A stretch of 64,000 bases of DNA, from the NCBI RefSeq assembly GCF_009914755.1, contig NC_060928.1. The stretch is one strand, 5' to 3'. Both the position numbers and the translations under genes were made by a program. The DNA comes from the human T2T-CHM13v2.0 reference genome, Homo sapiens. The notes under the pieces are model-generated. The model was not told the DNA's origin. It did no database searches and saw only the letters and a list, made by a program, of their open reading frames with translations. Below, in pieces: positions 35,443 through 48,010 of this stretch (the first letter of the stretch is position 1; every line of letters starts with the position of its first letter).

Positions 35443-37509
35443 AGGAAATTTTTTAAATGAACAATTATTGGTGAATTTATTATATCTAGTAACTTGTTTA
35501 CAAAGAAACAAACAAACAAAAATCATGCAGCGAAGAGGTCGAACTTTGGCGTGGCACCTCACGATTATTTCTTCTCTGGAAATGGAATGCAAATCCAGGA
35601 CAGGTGCCCTAGAGACCATGGATGTCCTCACTAATCCCTAACCCTCTCCACCTAGATGATCAATTACTATTGAGCCAATAGGTTTCACTCTGTTGGAAAG
35701 GGACTTTAGAAATGGAGGGGCACAGAGCCAAGGAGTCACTGAGGCTAATCTTTTAAAATATGTGATCATAATCTCCTGCTACTGAGGTCCCTAATATACC
35801 CATGTATCTGTCCCTTTGTTTGGAAGGGCCTTCAATAGGGTCTTTGAATTTGGGAGATACTGCAGGACCATTTCAATAAATCCTCCATTTTGCTTAGAGT
35901 TCAATTTGTGGTTTACAGCAAAGAGAACATTAACTACAACCTTAAAATTAGTATGGTTTATTTTTAACAAAGAGAGAATAATCATTTAGTAGAATCCTTT
36001 TGTGGGAACAGATTTTTACTAATTCCATCCAGAAGAAACTTTCAAAAACATTGGTAAACTGGAGTCTATGGATTCACACTCTGTGTGCAACTAAGAAAGC
36101 TATTATTTCTTTTAAACTCAATTTTATGTACCTTTTTCACATATTAAAATATTAATTAAGAGTTACTAAAATTGCTACAAATTTTGGAGAAATAGAATGC
36201 AAAATGGGGTGGGTGCAATAAAAGGTAAAATTAGTGAGTTTACTGATTGCAGTGATGTACATAAGGGTTTTTACCTTTTAAAACATTTGTGTTACTGCAA
36301 TTATAAAAGCTGCTATTGTACATAACTGAGGAAGCATTTACAGATTGTTCTGGATTTGTATATGTGCAATAAAGGACAAGTATATCCATGAGACTATTTG
36401 ACCCTTGATGCAAAATGATAGTACTATTTCTTTCTTCAGATCTATAAATTGTAAGAAAAAACTTCTGGCTGCCTAACCTTAACAAGTACCATGGCTTTCA
36501 TGTTACAAATGATACAAAACAAGCAAAGGAAAAAATAATTTGCTATGTGAAACATATCATTAGAAATGGATAAATTAAATGGCTATTCTGTCAAACAGTT
36601 TTACTTCTCAAAGTTAAAAGAGGGCCTCATAAGAAAGTTTTTAATAAAAATCAGTTGTCAGGAAAGATGTTGAGTGTGCTATAATAAATAACAGAGCTAA
36701 TCTTCAGAGGATTAAAAGGGATATAACCACGATTACTCTTTAAAATTTATGAAAATTATGGCTCAATCTATTTTGCAAAGCATGATGGTGAATTTGGCAG
36801 AAAACACTGAAGTAATATGTAACAGTTGTAATTTAGTGTTTTTGCTATTAGGAGAAAATTACGTTGCATAATATTTGAAACATTTTTTCTTCTGATTTTC
36901 CAGTTGAATATAATTTAATACTTTAAGAGTTTGGTGTCTATAGCACAGTTTGGATCAGAAACGGAAATTTAGCAATCATGTTTACTTCTCTTTTTCTCCT
37001 TAACTCTAAGATGTGGTGAAATAATTCAATGCTCTTTACAACCTAACTTTTGAAACAATATTATGTTTATTTAGATGCTATAGCTAAAAACGGAACACAA
37101 GTGAGCCTTCCCATTCCTTTTTCCCACTATTTTGTCTGGGAGAAGAATATATTTTACAGCTGGGTCTTCACAGGGTTGTTCTGTGTATATATTGGCAGGT
37201 GCTATTCTTTGGACCAACTGTAGGTGTCTGACTCCGTTGTTGATCTCCATTTACTCATTCTTAGCAGAGGGGAAGATCTAAATCTGAACCAACTGTCTTC
37301 ATTGCAGTTAAGATAGCAAGAATACCTGTTTGAATTGGCATGGTGGATGACCTTTTATAAATATATACTCTGCTTCAGTTTTTGAGATATGGGAGGAAAG
37401 TCTCAGAAGAATCAATTTAACTGACATTCTTTTTCTAGGGATTGCTACTCCTCTTCATATCTGACCAGTATACGGCTTTTGCAGTGTTAACTGTTGCAAT
37501 GATAATTAA

Positions 37510-38075
37510 GGTCGTTGTCTTTTATTGAATGCTAGCTTCGTGTTGGCATTTATAACTTGTCAAATCTATGGGCATAAAGTTATTTATAGTATCCCCTTAT
37601 CATTTTAGTGTCTGTGGGATCTATGGTGATATCCACACTCTCCAGATATTGGTCTTCTCTTTTTTTCCTGAGCAGGCTGGCTAGAGATTTTATCCATCTT
37701 CTCAAAGAGCCAGCTATTGGCTTCATTGATTTTTGTCTACTGATTTTGTGTTGTTCATTTTGTTGATGTCTGATGTTTGTTATTTCTTTTATTCTGCTTA
37801 CTTTGGTTTTTGCTTTTCTTTTTCTAGTTTTTTAGATGAAAGTTTAGGTCATCAATTTGAGACTTTTCTTCTCTTCTAACAGGTGTTTCAGTGCTATACA
37901 TTTCCCTCTAAGCACCACTTTTGCACCATCAGATATTTTGATAGGTCATGTTTTCATTTTCTTGCAGTCCAAATTTTCTAATCTCCCTTTTAGTTTATTT
38001 TAATCATGAGTTATCCAAAAGTTGTTTTTTAGTTGCCAAATATTTGGGATTTTCTAGCTTCTTAAATTTTTCTAG
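37510..38075 (-). mobile_element. Old L1M ORF2 fragment
   Basis: ggctagagattttatc … ctcaaagagccagctattggcttcattgatttt … gctatacatttccctctaagcacc. Confidence 0.75.
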
Positions 38076-38164
38076 CTTTTCTGAGATTGTTCAGTCTATT
38101 AACTTTAAATGCTCATTCCTTTTCTTCCTTTCCTGTAAAGATCTTACTATTTACACATGCTAGG

Positions 38165-38532
38165 TATATTAGTCCATTTTCGCACTGCTATAAAGAAATA
38201 TCCAAGACTGGGTAATTTATAAAGGAAATAAGCTTAATTGACTCACAGTTCCACATGGCTCAGGTAGGCCCCAGGAAACTCACAACCATGACAGAAGTGG
38301 CAGCAGTCACCTTCTTCACAAGGTGGCAGGAAAGACAGAGAGATTGAAGGTGGAACTTTTCAAACACTTATAAAACCATCAGATCTCATGAGAACTCACT
38401 CACTATTATGAGAACAGAATGGGGGAAACTGCCCCCATGATTCAGTTACCTCATGCCAGGGTCCTTCCTCAACACCTGGGGATTACAATTCAAGATGAGA
38501 TTTGGGTGGGGACACAAAGCCAAACCATATCA
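38165..38532 (-). mobile_element. THE1D/MSTA-type MaLR solo LTR with an intact 5-bp target-site duplication
   Basis: tattagtccattttcgcactgctataaag … gatttgggtggggacacaaagccaaaccatatca. Duplication ctagg at 38160-38164 and 38533-38537. Confidence 0.92.
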
Positions 38533-39318
38533 CTAGGATTGGGCTGAATAGGCATATCATTAGTTTTTTATTTTTCTTTCCTCCTTGCCCTTTCTAGAAC
38601 ATACCTCATGTTAAAAGCATGAATAATCTTGCTTTATATGTCATTTTCATTTTAAAATATCATATACCATTTTATTTTTTTAATCTTTGTATCGCATTCT
38701 TATGTGATCCCTGAGAAAACTAGAACTGTTGTTTTGTTTTGTTTTGCTTTGCTTGTTTTAAAATTTTATTCTATTCTCTGAATTACTTCTATGTCTACCA
38801 GGATGAATTTTTCTTTCTGTAAGTATTTGTGTCTATCACATCACAAGATTTTTCTCAAATATCTAGTGATTCTTGGTTGTTCATTAACATTTAAGAATAA
38901 CACGACACAAAAGCTGACTGTTACCTCTTGTGAACCTAGTTAGGGTCAACTAGTTAGTAATCACTGATAGGTTTTGCATTAATCTGTGACTGGAGAGGAG
39001 CTTTCCATTAGTCAGAGGCCCTCTCAAATATGGCAGGCCTTGCTTTTTGGCACCAAGTCCCAAGCTATGTGCTCTAATTCTCCCCAGGGACTTAGTTCCA
39101 TTTCTTTAGTTATTAGTCGCCAGTCCTTTGCCTGGGTGTTTGAGGGGAATGACTATCTGGCTATGGATAATTCTTTTCATATGGGTAGAGGGTATCAACT
39201 GAACTCCTTGTTTTAGCCCCACTTAACCCTTCTTACCTTCCATATCTCTGGAATTCCTGAGTCCTGAATTTCTCTAGGGCTCTGCCAAGATTGGTTTCCT
39301 TCTTGTATGCAGCCTCCT

Positions 39319-39376
39319 CCCTCCCAAAGATAGCACAGATATATTTCCCCCTCCCAAAGATAGCACAGATATATTT
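39319..39376. repeat. Two-copy tandem duplication, period 30 bp
   Basis: ccctcccaaagatagcacagatatattt at 39319-39346 and 39349-39376 (28/28 identical). Confidence 0.95.
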
Positions 39377-40227
39377 GTATTTCAAATTCACAATTACATA
39401 TTCTGATGTTATCTTCTAAAAGTTTTATTGTTTTAGTGTTTACATTTAGATGTATGTTTCACCTGCAATTACCATTCTTCCTCCTTTTGTTCTTCCACAA
39501 AGTAAGCCCAGTTATGCCTGCTTCCCTTTTATTCATGATGTTCAACACTGGCTTGTCCAAAATTTGTATGTATCTGTTGCTTTGCAATAGATGCTCTTTG
39601 ATAGGCCAGTTCTACAGTGACTTGTTGATATAAATGCTCTGCATCTTATTGGATTGGAGTAAAGAGTAATAAGATAAAATGACATCTCATTTAGTTGAGA
39701 ATTAATATGCTGGAATGAATGTACAGTTTAACAAGTTGCTGTTGTTTGAAGGTTTTCTGTGGACCTAAGAAATGAAAGTGTCTTTGAAAGAATGCTGCAT
39801 ACCACTTTGACATCTGCAATCCAGTATGAAATATTTATTAAGTTATCAAGCTAAGGAAATTATGGACATATTTTCTGGTGTGTTTTCTGAGGTGGTGAAG
39901 TTCTCCAAAATACTTGGAAAAATATTTGAGGAGGAGGAACGTTCAGTTCCAAAATACTTTCTCCTTTGGGGAGAGTGGATTTGACAGTGCGTGCAATACA
40001 TAGCACTCTTATATCTGACCCCTGATGAGGGTTCCCATCATACCTATTAGTCTTTGTGAGACTCTCTTGAATGAAACAGAATTGACCAAATGAAAGATCT
40101 TATTTTATATAATTATCTTTTTGGAGTCCAAAGAGGGAAAGAGGGATTGGAGAAGGAGGGAGAGAGGAAGGAAGGGAAGGAGGAAAGCAGAGAGGGACAG
40201 ATACATGTTTGACACCAATTTCATTAT

Positions 40228-40640
40228 GAACCATAGCATCTTAGAAATGAAAGGAGCAGGGTTTATCTTGTTCAGCCTCTGTCTCATTACGGGAATCCTC
40301 CTTTGAGCTTTTCTGACAGATGGCTATGCAGTCTTTGCTTAAATAGTTTAAATATTTTCATTGATAGGCAGCTCATTCCTTTGTAGGTTGTTATTTGCAT
40401 TTCAGCAAGTTCTAATAATTAGACTGCAACGGGCAAAACCTGCCTTCTTTTAGTTATTGGTCTTTTGGAGCAATATAGAATAATACTGCTGCCCCACTGT
40501 GATTTTTTAAGATAGCTTTCACATTTTCTTTTAAATATTTAGGGCTTTTTAAGGTTAAAATTTAAAATTTCTTTAATCACTCTTTATTTAAGCTCTTGGC
40601 ATTCTGATTTTTTTTTTCTGGATACTCCCTATACAGTGTC
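40228..40640 (-). mobile_element. CR1/L3-type LINE 3' fragment
   Basis: catagcatcttagaaatgaaagga … tctgacagatggctatgcagtctttgcttaaata … aggcagctcattcc resembles L3. Confidence 0.55.
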
Positions 40641-40654
40641 TCTTTAGAAACTTC

Positions 40655-42090
40655 TTTTTAAAATTGAGGCTTAGCAAACATATAAAAGCATGCAGCTGTT
40701 AAATGTGCAGGTCCATAAATTACTGCAAAATGAACAAACCATTTGATCACTACCCAGAATAAGAAAAAGAACATTACTGATACCAAATAAGCCTTACGTA
40801 TGTCCATTTAGTCACAACTCTCCTATTCTCAATGATAATCCTTATTCTGATTTCTAATACCATAGAACAATTTTGTCATTTTTAAATGTTATATAAATAG
40901 AACCATATTTTCTGACTTTTTAAACTAAATATTTTGTTTATGAGAACCATCCATGTTGTCGTGTGCAGTTGTGGTATATACTATTTTATTTCTGTGGTTT
41001 TCCATTTTATGATACACAATTATTTTTGTTTTACTTTTTATGGACAATGGATTGTCTACAATTTTTGACTGCTATAAATAATGGGGTTATGCTTATACAT
41101 ATCTTTGTGTGCATATATGTATATTGGTTTCTATTGGTTATATACCTACAAGTAAAATTGCTAGGTCATAGGACCTATGTATGTTCAGTTTTGTTTACTA
41201 GATAATGCCAAATATTTTCCAAAGTGATTGGGCCGGTATAAATTCGGAGCAACTGTGTATGAGAGTCCCTATTGCTTCATGGTCTTGCTAACACTTAGTA
41301 TTTTAATTTCTGATTTTTAATATTCTAGTAAGTATATAGCATTATATCATTGTAGTTTAAATTTGCATTTATATGATTGTTAATGAGGGTCATCCATGTG
41401 TTTATTGGTCATTTTAATATCCTTTTCTGAAAAGCGTCTATTCACATTTCTTATCTATTTTTCTACTGTATCTTTTGTCTTTTTCTTATGTAGGCAATTT
41501 GTACATATTCTGGATAAACATATGTGCTGTGAATATATTCTCCCTCTCTGTAGCTTACCTTTTTGCTTTCTTAATGAAAGTTCCAAATTTTAACGTGGTC
41601 CAATTTATTAATCTTTTCCTTTATTGCTAGAGATGTTTCTACGCTGTTTAAGATATCTTTGCTATCTCAAAGTTACAATTATATATTCCTATGTTATAGT
41701 CTAGAAGTTTTATTGTTTTTATGTTTACACTTAGATGTATATTTTACCTACAATTACTTTTTTTTTTAAAGATGGAGTATTGCTCTGTCACCCAGGCTGG
41801 AGTGCAGTGTGCAATCTCAGCTCACTACAACCTCCTGCTTCCAGGTTCAGGCAATTCTCCTGCCTCAGCCTCTTGAGTAGCTGAGATTACAGGCATGTGC
41901 CACCACTCCTGGCTAATTTTTGTATTTTTAGTGGATACTGGGTTTTGCCATGTTGGCCATGCTTATCTTGAACTCCTGGCCTCAAGTGACCTGCCTGCCT
42001 CGGCCTCCCAAAGTACTGGGATTATAGGCATGAGCCGCCGTACCCGTTCTGCAATTACTATTTTGCATATAGTGTGAAGTTACATTGAGA
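40655..42090 (-). mobile_element. L1ME-type 3' region interrupted by an Alu
   Basis: ttttttaaaattgagg … ccatccatgttgtc … aaattgctaggtcatagg … ttaaatttgcattt. Confidence 0.75.
41758..42048 (-). mobile_element. AluS (Sz/Sx-like) element
   Basis: Full reverse Alu; flanks ctacaattact / ctgcaattact. Confidence 0.93.
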
Positions 42091-42099
42091 TACCCATTG

Positions 42100-42290
42100 C
42101 ACATCCTAGCAAAGATGTCAAGCAGGCATAAATATAAAAATCTGGATTTCAAATTGCAGGTCTGAGTTGAAGTTAAAAGTTTAGAAGTTTTCAGTATACA
42201 AATGCCACTATGAGATTAGATGTTATGCTAAAGAGTTTAGCATAGATAAACAAGAAGCCTGAGGACAGAGCCTAGGACACTCCAACGTAT
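42100..42290 (-). mobile_element. L2 fragment
   Basis: gatgtcaagcaggc … aggtctgagttgaag … gaggacagagcctaggacactccaac. Confidence 0.55.
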
Positions 42291-44864
42291 CATCCCCAAA
42301 TAGACTTAGTTCTGTGCTACAGGCTAATGTACAAAACAGTGTACTAGTATGGAACACAGTGTGCTATAGATTCCTATTACCTGAATACTACTTTTAGAAA
42401 TGTACCTACAATTGTATTGATTTATTACATTGGCTTGTGCCAGTCATGTCACAATATAAACTTCAATGTTATAGCAAACCAAAATGTGAGATATTTAAAT
42501 ATGAATTGTTATTAAGCCATGCCCTTCATTAACTACTACTAGAATTGATTAGTTTGAATATCAAAACAGCAATTAACATGTTTTCTTGAGCATTTAATGG
42601 TGTTTTCATGTTATTCAGATTATTTGTTCAAGCCTATCAGGGTATTTTGGAATCCTAAATAATTAATCCAAAATGTTAGCTCTTTCTCCTTTATTCAGGC
42701 ATTCAACATAGGCAGATATGATAAGAAAGTGACTAATAGCAAATACCAGATACTATAGGATTATATCCTAAAATCTCTGACTGGTATGCTAGAGGCCTTC
42801 CTCCTCTAGGTGACATTGCTCCTAACTGCAAATCGTGTTTAAGCAAAGCTATTTAGTTGTACCTAACATACTGTTTCCTCAGATTTTCAAGCAAAGAAAT
42901 CGTAAGAGAATACACCTTTCTCTGAATCCCCACTTCTTGTTATATCGAGGTAGGGTCCTAATGCTAGAAACTTGACCACATTCTTAGAGTAAATCACTTC
43001 CAGTATAGAGTTACTTCACCTCTGTGAAAAGGAATACCCAAAAGATGGTATGCGGCATGCCTAAATGTCATACTTTGGCCTCTAGCCACCTCCAACTATG
43101 TGAAAGTAAAAGCTTTATGCAAAATAGATTTTATTTGGCCAAATCCAAGGAGAAAGTCTTTAAGTATGCATTTATTTCAGTTGCAGCATTTACGAAGTGT
43201 CTGTTTTATGCAGTGCACTGTTCTATATATCATTAAGACATACAATGAATTATGGATCTCTGTCCTCCCACCTGATATCTAATCTCTACGTCTGTCCTTT
43301 ACACTGCTGTTGAATCCACAGCTCTATAATCGTCTTCATTTTCTGCATAATTTGTTTATGAAATTACATCCTGTGATAGCACTCTTTCTTAAGACATCTC
43401 CATACGTTGTTGCAAGGTGCTTTTCTAACTCGTTATTAGCAGTGATGCTAGTTGGTCTTTACAGTTATGTGCCTAACATTCATATCCTGTGAACTATCCT
43501 TAATTCTCTACTGTTTTATATAGGTTTGGCAATGACAGATAAGAATCCTCAGTCTTATAGAGGTAAAGTGATGTAGTTAGTGACCCAGTCGGTCTAGAAA
43601 ATAGTTTTTAAAAATCTTCTGTCCTATTATTTTTTTTTACTAGTCCACACAGTGTAACTTCAAAATTGCAGAGGTATTGAATTTAAGGACCCATATTAAC
43701 AATGAGTACAAATTCAAAACTCTCTTAGGTTACCTCATGATTGCATTGTTACAAATTTCACATAAAATGAGGGCCTGCTTCTCCTGATCTTGTAGGATAC
43801 TACTGTTACACCCACAGGGAATCTTTAAGGTCTGAAACTTGTGCTTAAGTTGTAAGGGATCATTTATTTTTGAAATATTTACAGTAATGCTTTTGTAAAG
43901 CATGCGACCAAATCATAATATGGGCCTTTAGCAATGATGCAAAGAAGGTTGTTGATTATCAATGGGAAACTTAGATGTTATATACTTGAAATTGGGATAC
44001 AAAAACAAACAAAAAGCTGAAATTTATCAGATCTCAAAGGGAAAAATTAGTAATTCATGCATAATAAACAAGGAAAATATTTTTTAAAGTCAGGGTGTCC
44101 GAATGCCTCTGAGATCAGTTTAACATATATGTTCTACACTTATAAATAGCAGATTACCAAAATTCAAGCTGACCTTGGCCACTGTATGAGGGTGATATTT
44201 TTGAAAGAATGAGTTAGACTGAAACAGTTTCTGCAATATATTAGGCGCAAATATGCTTTCTTTCCATGTTAGGCATGCAGAACTTTTTCCCACCTGTTGA
44301 CTTTTCCTTAAACAAACATATTATCTGATATAACTAGTCCAAAGAAAATTTTCTCTTCCTCTACGTGAATGAACTCCCCTTTTACCCTTTTGCTAAATCC
44401 TGGAGTTCTGATGTAGTTCAGGATCTTATATTACATCCATGTCACTTTTTGGAATCACTTCAATGGTATAGTGCCTTGAATCATTTTCAAGCATTTAACC
44501 AGCTTCTGTTTAGGTCTGTTTTCTCTTTTGACAGTGTACGTTTATTTTCCAAATACAAATATAATACAGATTGGACTCCCTGTGCTGCTGTGAGCTTTTA
44601 AATTAAAAACAAGCTTTGTCTTACAGTCTTTAATAATTGTAAAAAGTGGCAAAATTAAGAATGTTTCATCAGTTTGTACTGTAGCTATCATGACAATTAT
44701 TGCATACTGTGGTTATTTGCTTTCTTCTCACTATTGAAAAGGTCAGTTTTTTGTTGTTGTTGTTGTTGTTTCATGGGAATAAACAACTCCTGAGGAATGG
44801 TTCTGTGTATCCAAAATACAAAGCAAGTTTCTGGGACATGGATTTACACTTATTCTGTGGTAAA

Positions 44865-45100
44865 GATAGTAGGCTATAAGTTAAATTTTAAATTCATAGT
44901 TGAATTCTGATACTTACTAGTTGAACCACTTTGGAAAAAGGCTTTGCCCTTTCTATGCCTTAGTTTCATCAGTTGTAGAAAGAGGGTAACTATTGTATCC
45001 ACCTGATGGATTATAGAATGATTTAAATGAGATGGAGTAAGTGATGTGCTTCATATGGTGTCTGTATTTATTGAATGCTTAACAAATATTAGTTGTTATT
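44865..45100 (+). mobile_element. MIR
   Basis: ttgaattctgatacttactagttg … ctatgccttagtttcatcagttgtagaa … gatttaaatgagat. Confidence 0.7.
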
Positions 45101-45849
45101 AAGACTCATATATGAGAGTGTTATATAAAGCTGCAACCTTCCCAGATGGTTAGAGAGAAGAATCAATAGGAAAAAACTTTAAAAGTTTTATAGCTTTTAG
45201 TTAGCAGATAATGAAATTGAGACTCAAAGAGGTGATAACTTATTATACACATCTTTGTTATCTAAGATTAATTGGAGAAGTTTAGTTTTTAATCTCACTA
45301 TTTTATCATGTGACATTATTTAAAGTAGAAAATTTGTGCTCCTATAACTTAGCTTTGCCTAAATTTTGAGTGGATCTGACTTAGATACTTCTTAAAATTT
45401 TTCATGTGATAAATTTTCCTTGACTACACATACCATATTTTGTGCATTTTGAGATGTAAGTCATATGAATAAATAAATGCTGTTAGAGTTTGAGGGCATT
45501 ATTTACTATGACTTCATTATGCCCCACCTACCTTTGCAATTAGTTGAGAGAAAATTCTAAAATCAGATAGAATGAAAAAATAATATTAACTCTTAAACAG
45601 ATAAATCTATACTGGAATGATGGCTTAGTGTGAAAGCAAATGGGCTTGCCATTGTTGTATTTTTTCCCCTTTTCTAGACTTTGGAACAGTCAGACTAAAA
45701 GAAAGTTTGTTGTGTATAGTGGACAATACCTAGGGTCACCACGCCACCTCACACTCATGGCTATTGCTTGATCCGGGTGAGATAAGCATGGATCACGTTC
45801 TCATTCATTTCCTCAGGGAAGAGTAAGGGACAGAACAATGTGAGTAAAA

Positions 45850-46295
45850 ATTGCAGCACTATTCACAATAGCAAAGACATGTAATCAACCTAAATGTCAG
45901 TCAATGATAGACTGGATAAAGAAAATGTGGTATATATACACCATTGAATACTGTGCATCCACAAAAAGAATGAAATCATGTCCTTTGTTGAAGACCATTA
46001 TTGTTAGAAAACTAATGCAGGAACAGAAGACCAAATACTGCATGTTCTCACTTATAAGCGGGAGCTAAATGATGAGAACACATGGATGCTTAGAGGGGAA
46101 CAACACATACTGGGGTCTATCACAGAGTGGAGGGTAAGAAGAGTGAGAGGATCAGGAAAAATTAACTAATGGGTACTAGGCTAAATACCTGAGTGATGAA
46201 ATAATCTGTATAACAAATGCCCATGACACAAATTTACCTACGTAATAAACCTGGACATCCACCCCTGAACTTAAAATAAAAGTTAAAAAAAAAAA
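45850..46295 (+). mobile_element. L1PA13-16-like 3' end with poly(A)
   Basis: gcagcactattcacaatagcaaagac … gttctcacttataagcgggagctaaatgatgag … cccctgaacttaaaataaaagttaaaaaa. Confidence 0.88.
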
Positions 46296-47114
46296 TTCAA
46301 CAGGTTCCAAATAAATGTAAATGAAGGAAGGCAGTTAAGAAATGCTAGATATGAGCTTTTTAATGCCAGGCTACTTGTCAAGAATGCTTGCAATCACTTC
46401 AGTTGTACAGGCTTATCCTCGTGGCTCTAACATAAGAAATAACATAATAAAATTAATTTAAAAAAGTATATACATGGAAAGGAAGAGTCCAAAATATGTA
46501 TAATGGAAAACGATGTAATTTTTTCCAAAGTTCAAGAGAACTAATTGAACAATCATTAACACTACTAATAAAGTTCTGAAAGGAGACCAAATAATAGATC
46601 TCTGCCTTATACCAGAGAAGAATTCTAGCATAGAAATTAAATATAGAAATTAACCAACCATTAATATAGGTTGATGAGAAACAAGTCTGGTTGGTCCTGG
46701 TGGCTAATCTTTCTTTCCTTCCTTGGTTGCTTAGTAGAGAGCTGGCTCAACAAATCTATTAGTTTAACAGAAGGACAGCCTCTGGGGCCCAGAGGCTTCC
46801 ACTTTCAAACAAGGCCATCCTGTGAGAAAAAGTCTGCTCCCGTTGCAGATCGCAAAGCTTCTCCTGCCCTTTGGCCTTATAAATACATGAGGCATTACTG
46901 ACTCAAGGCCCTTCTCTGCTGGAACACTGGCCATGTGCACACAGACCTGGGCACTGGGTGATGGAGGTGAAGAATGGGGATAGGGTGTGCTCTATTGTTT
47001 CTCTGCTTCTCAGTTTTCTCTTGATGCCCCCCATGCTGTATTTGCACTATGAGGTGCTGGCGGTGTGTGCCCATGACCCCATACTCCCAAAAGTATAAGC
47101 AAATATTTGTCTGC

Positions 47115-48010
47115 TTTTAGGATAAAGAAGATCTCTAAGCATGACACCAAACCCCAAATGTCAAAAGCAAGGAATTATGGATTTGACTAAAAAAGACTTT
47201 GGCAAGTTAAAAGTCCCTGTAAGCAAAATGAGAATATGAAAGGCCAAATGTGAAAACTATGTTAGCATATTTTACATATTAATTTTAAAAAGACATACTA
47301 TAACATATTTCTTAACAGAAAAATAAGCAGAAGGATGAATGGATGTGAAAATGCCCAAATGTCCAGCAATCACTTTATAAATACATGGTGCAAAATATCT
47401 AAACTAAATTAAAACAATAATTAGGTACAATTTTTGCTTCTCAATATAATACATATACATACATATATGTACATATATGCCTACACATATATACATGCAC
47501 ACACGCACAAACATATGTGTACATTATAATAGCTATCGTTGAGTGCTGAGAGTCAGAGATGATCCCATGATCACATTGTACTATTAGCAGGAGCATTTTA
47601 GCAATATGTGACAATAGGTAGAATAATATGTATATCCTTTAGCCACTTATAAAAGTTGTTTCAAAGGAAATATTTATGAATGTGTTTAAGGACTTATGTA
47701 TGAAAATATTTGTTCAGCACATTGTTTTTTAATTTAGAAAAAATTGATAGTGACCTCAATTCCAACAGCAATCAATTGCTGAAGTAATGCATTATTCATC
47801 TATATGATAGAATACTGTACAAATATTAATAAGGTTGAAAATACATAATGGCTTTAACATATTGTCAACAAGTAATTCAAGAATAAAAAACTCTATCTCT
47901 CTTGGTATCTCCATTTAGGAAAGCAGGAAAAACAATCTCTAGAATTATTTCTGAGTGGTAGAATAATGGGCCCTTATTTGTTTTTCTGCATTCTCGCTCT
48001 TTAAAATAAA
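47115..48010 (+). mobile_element. Decayed L1ME fragments with an embedded (TA/CA)n tract at about 47445-47522
   Basis: tctctaagcatgacaccaaaccccaaa … ttagcaatatgt … tatgatagaatactgtacaaatatt. Confidence 0.5.
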
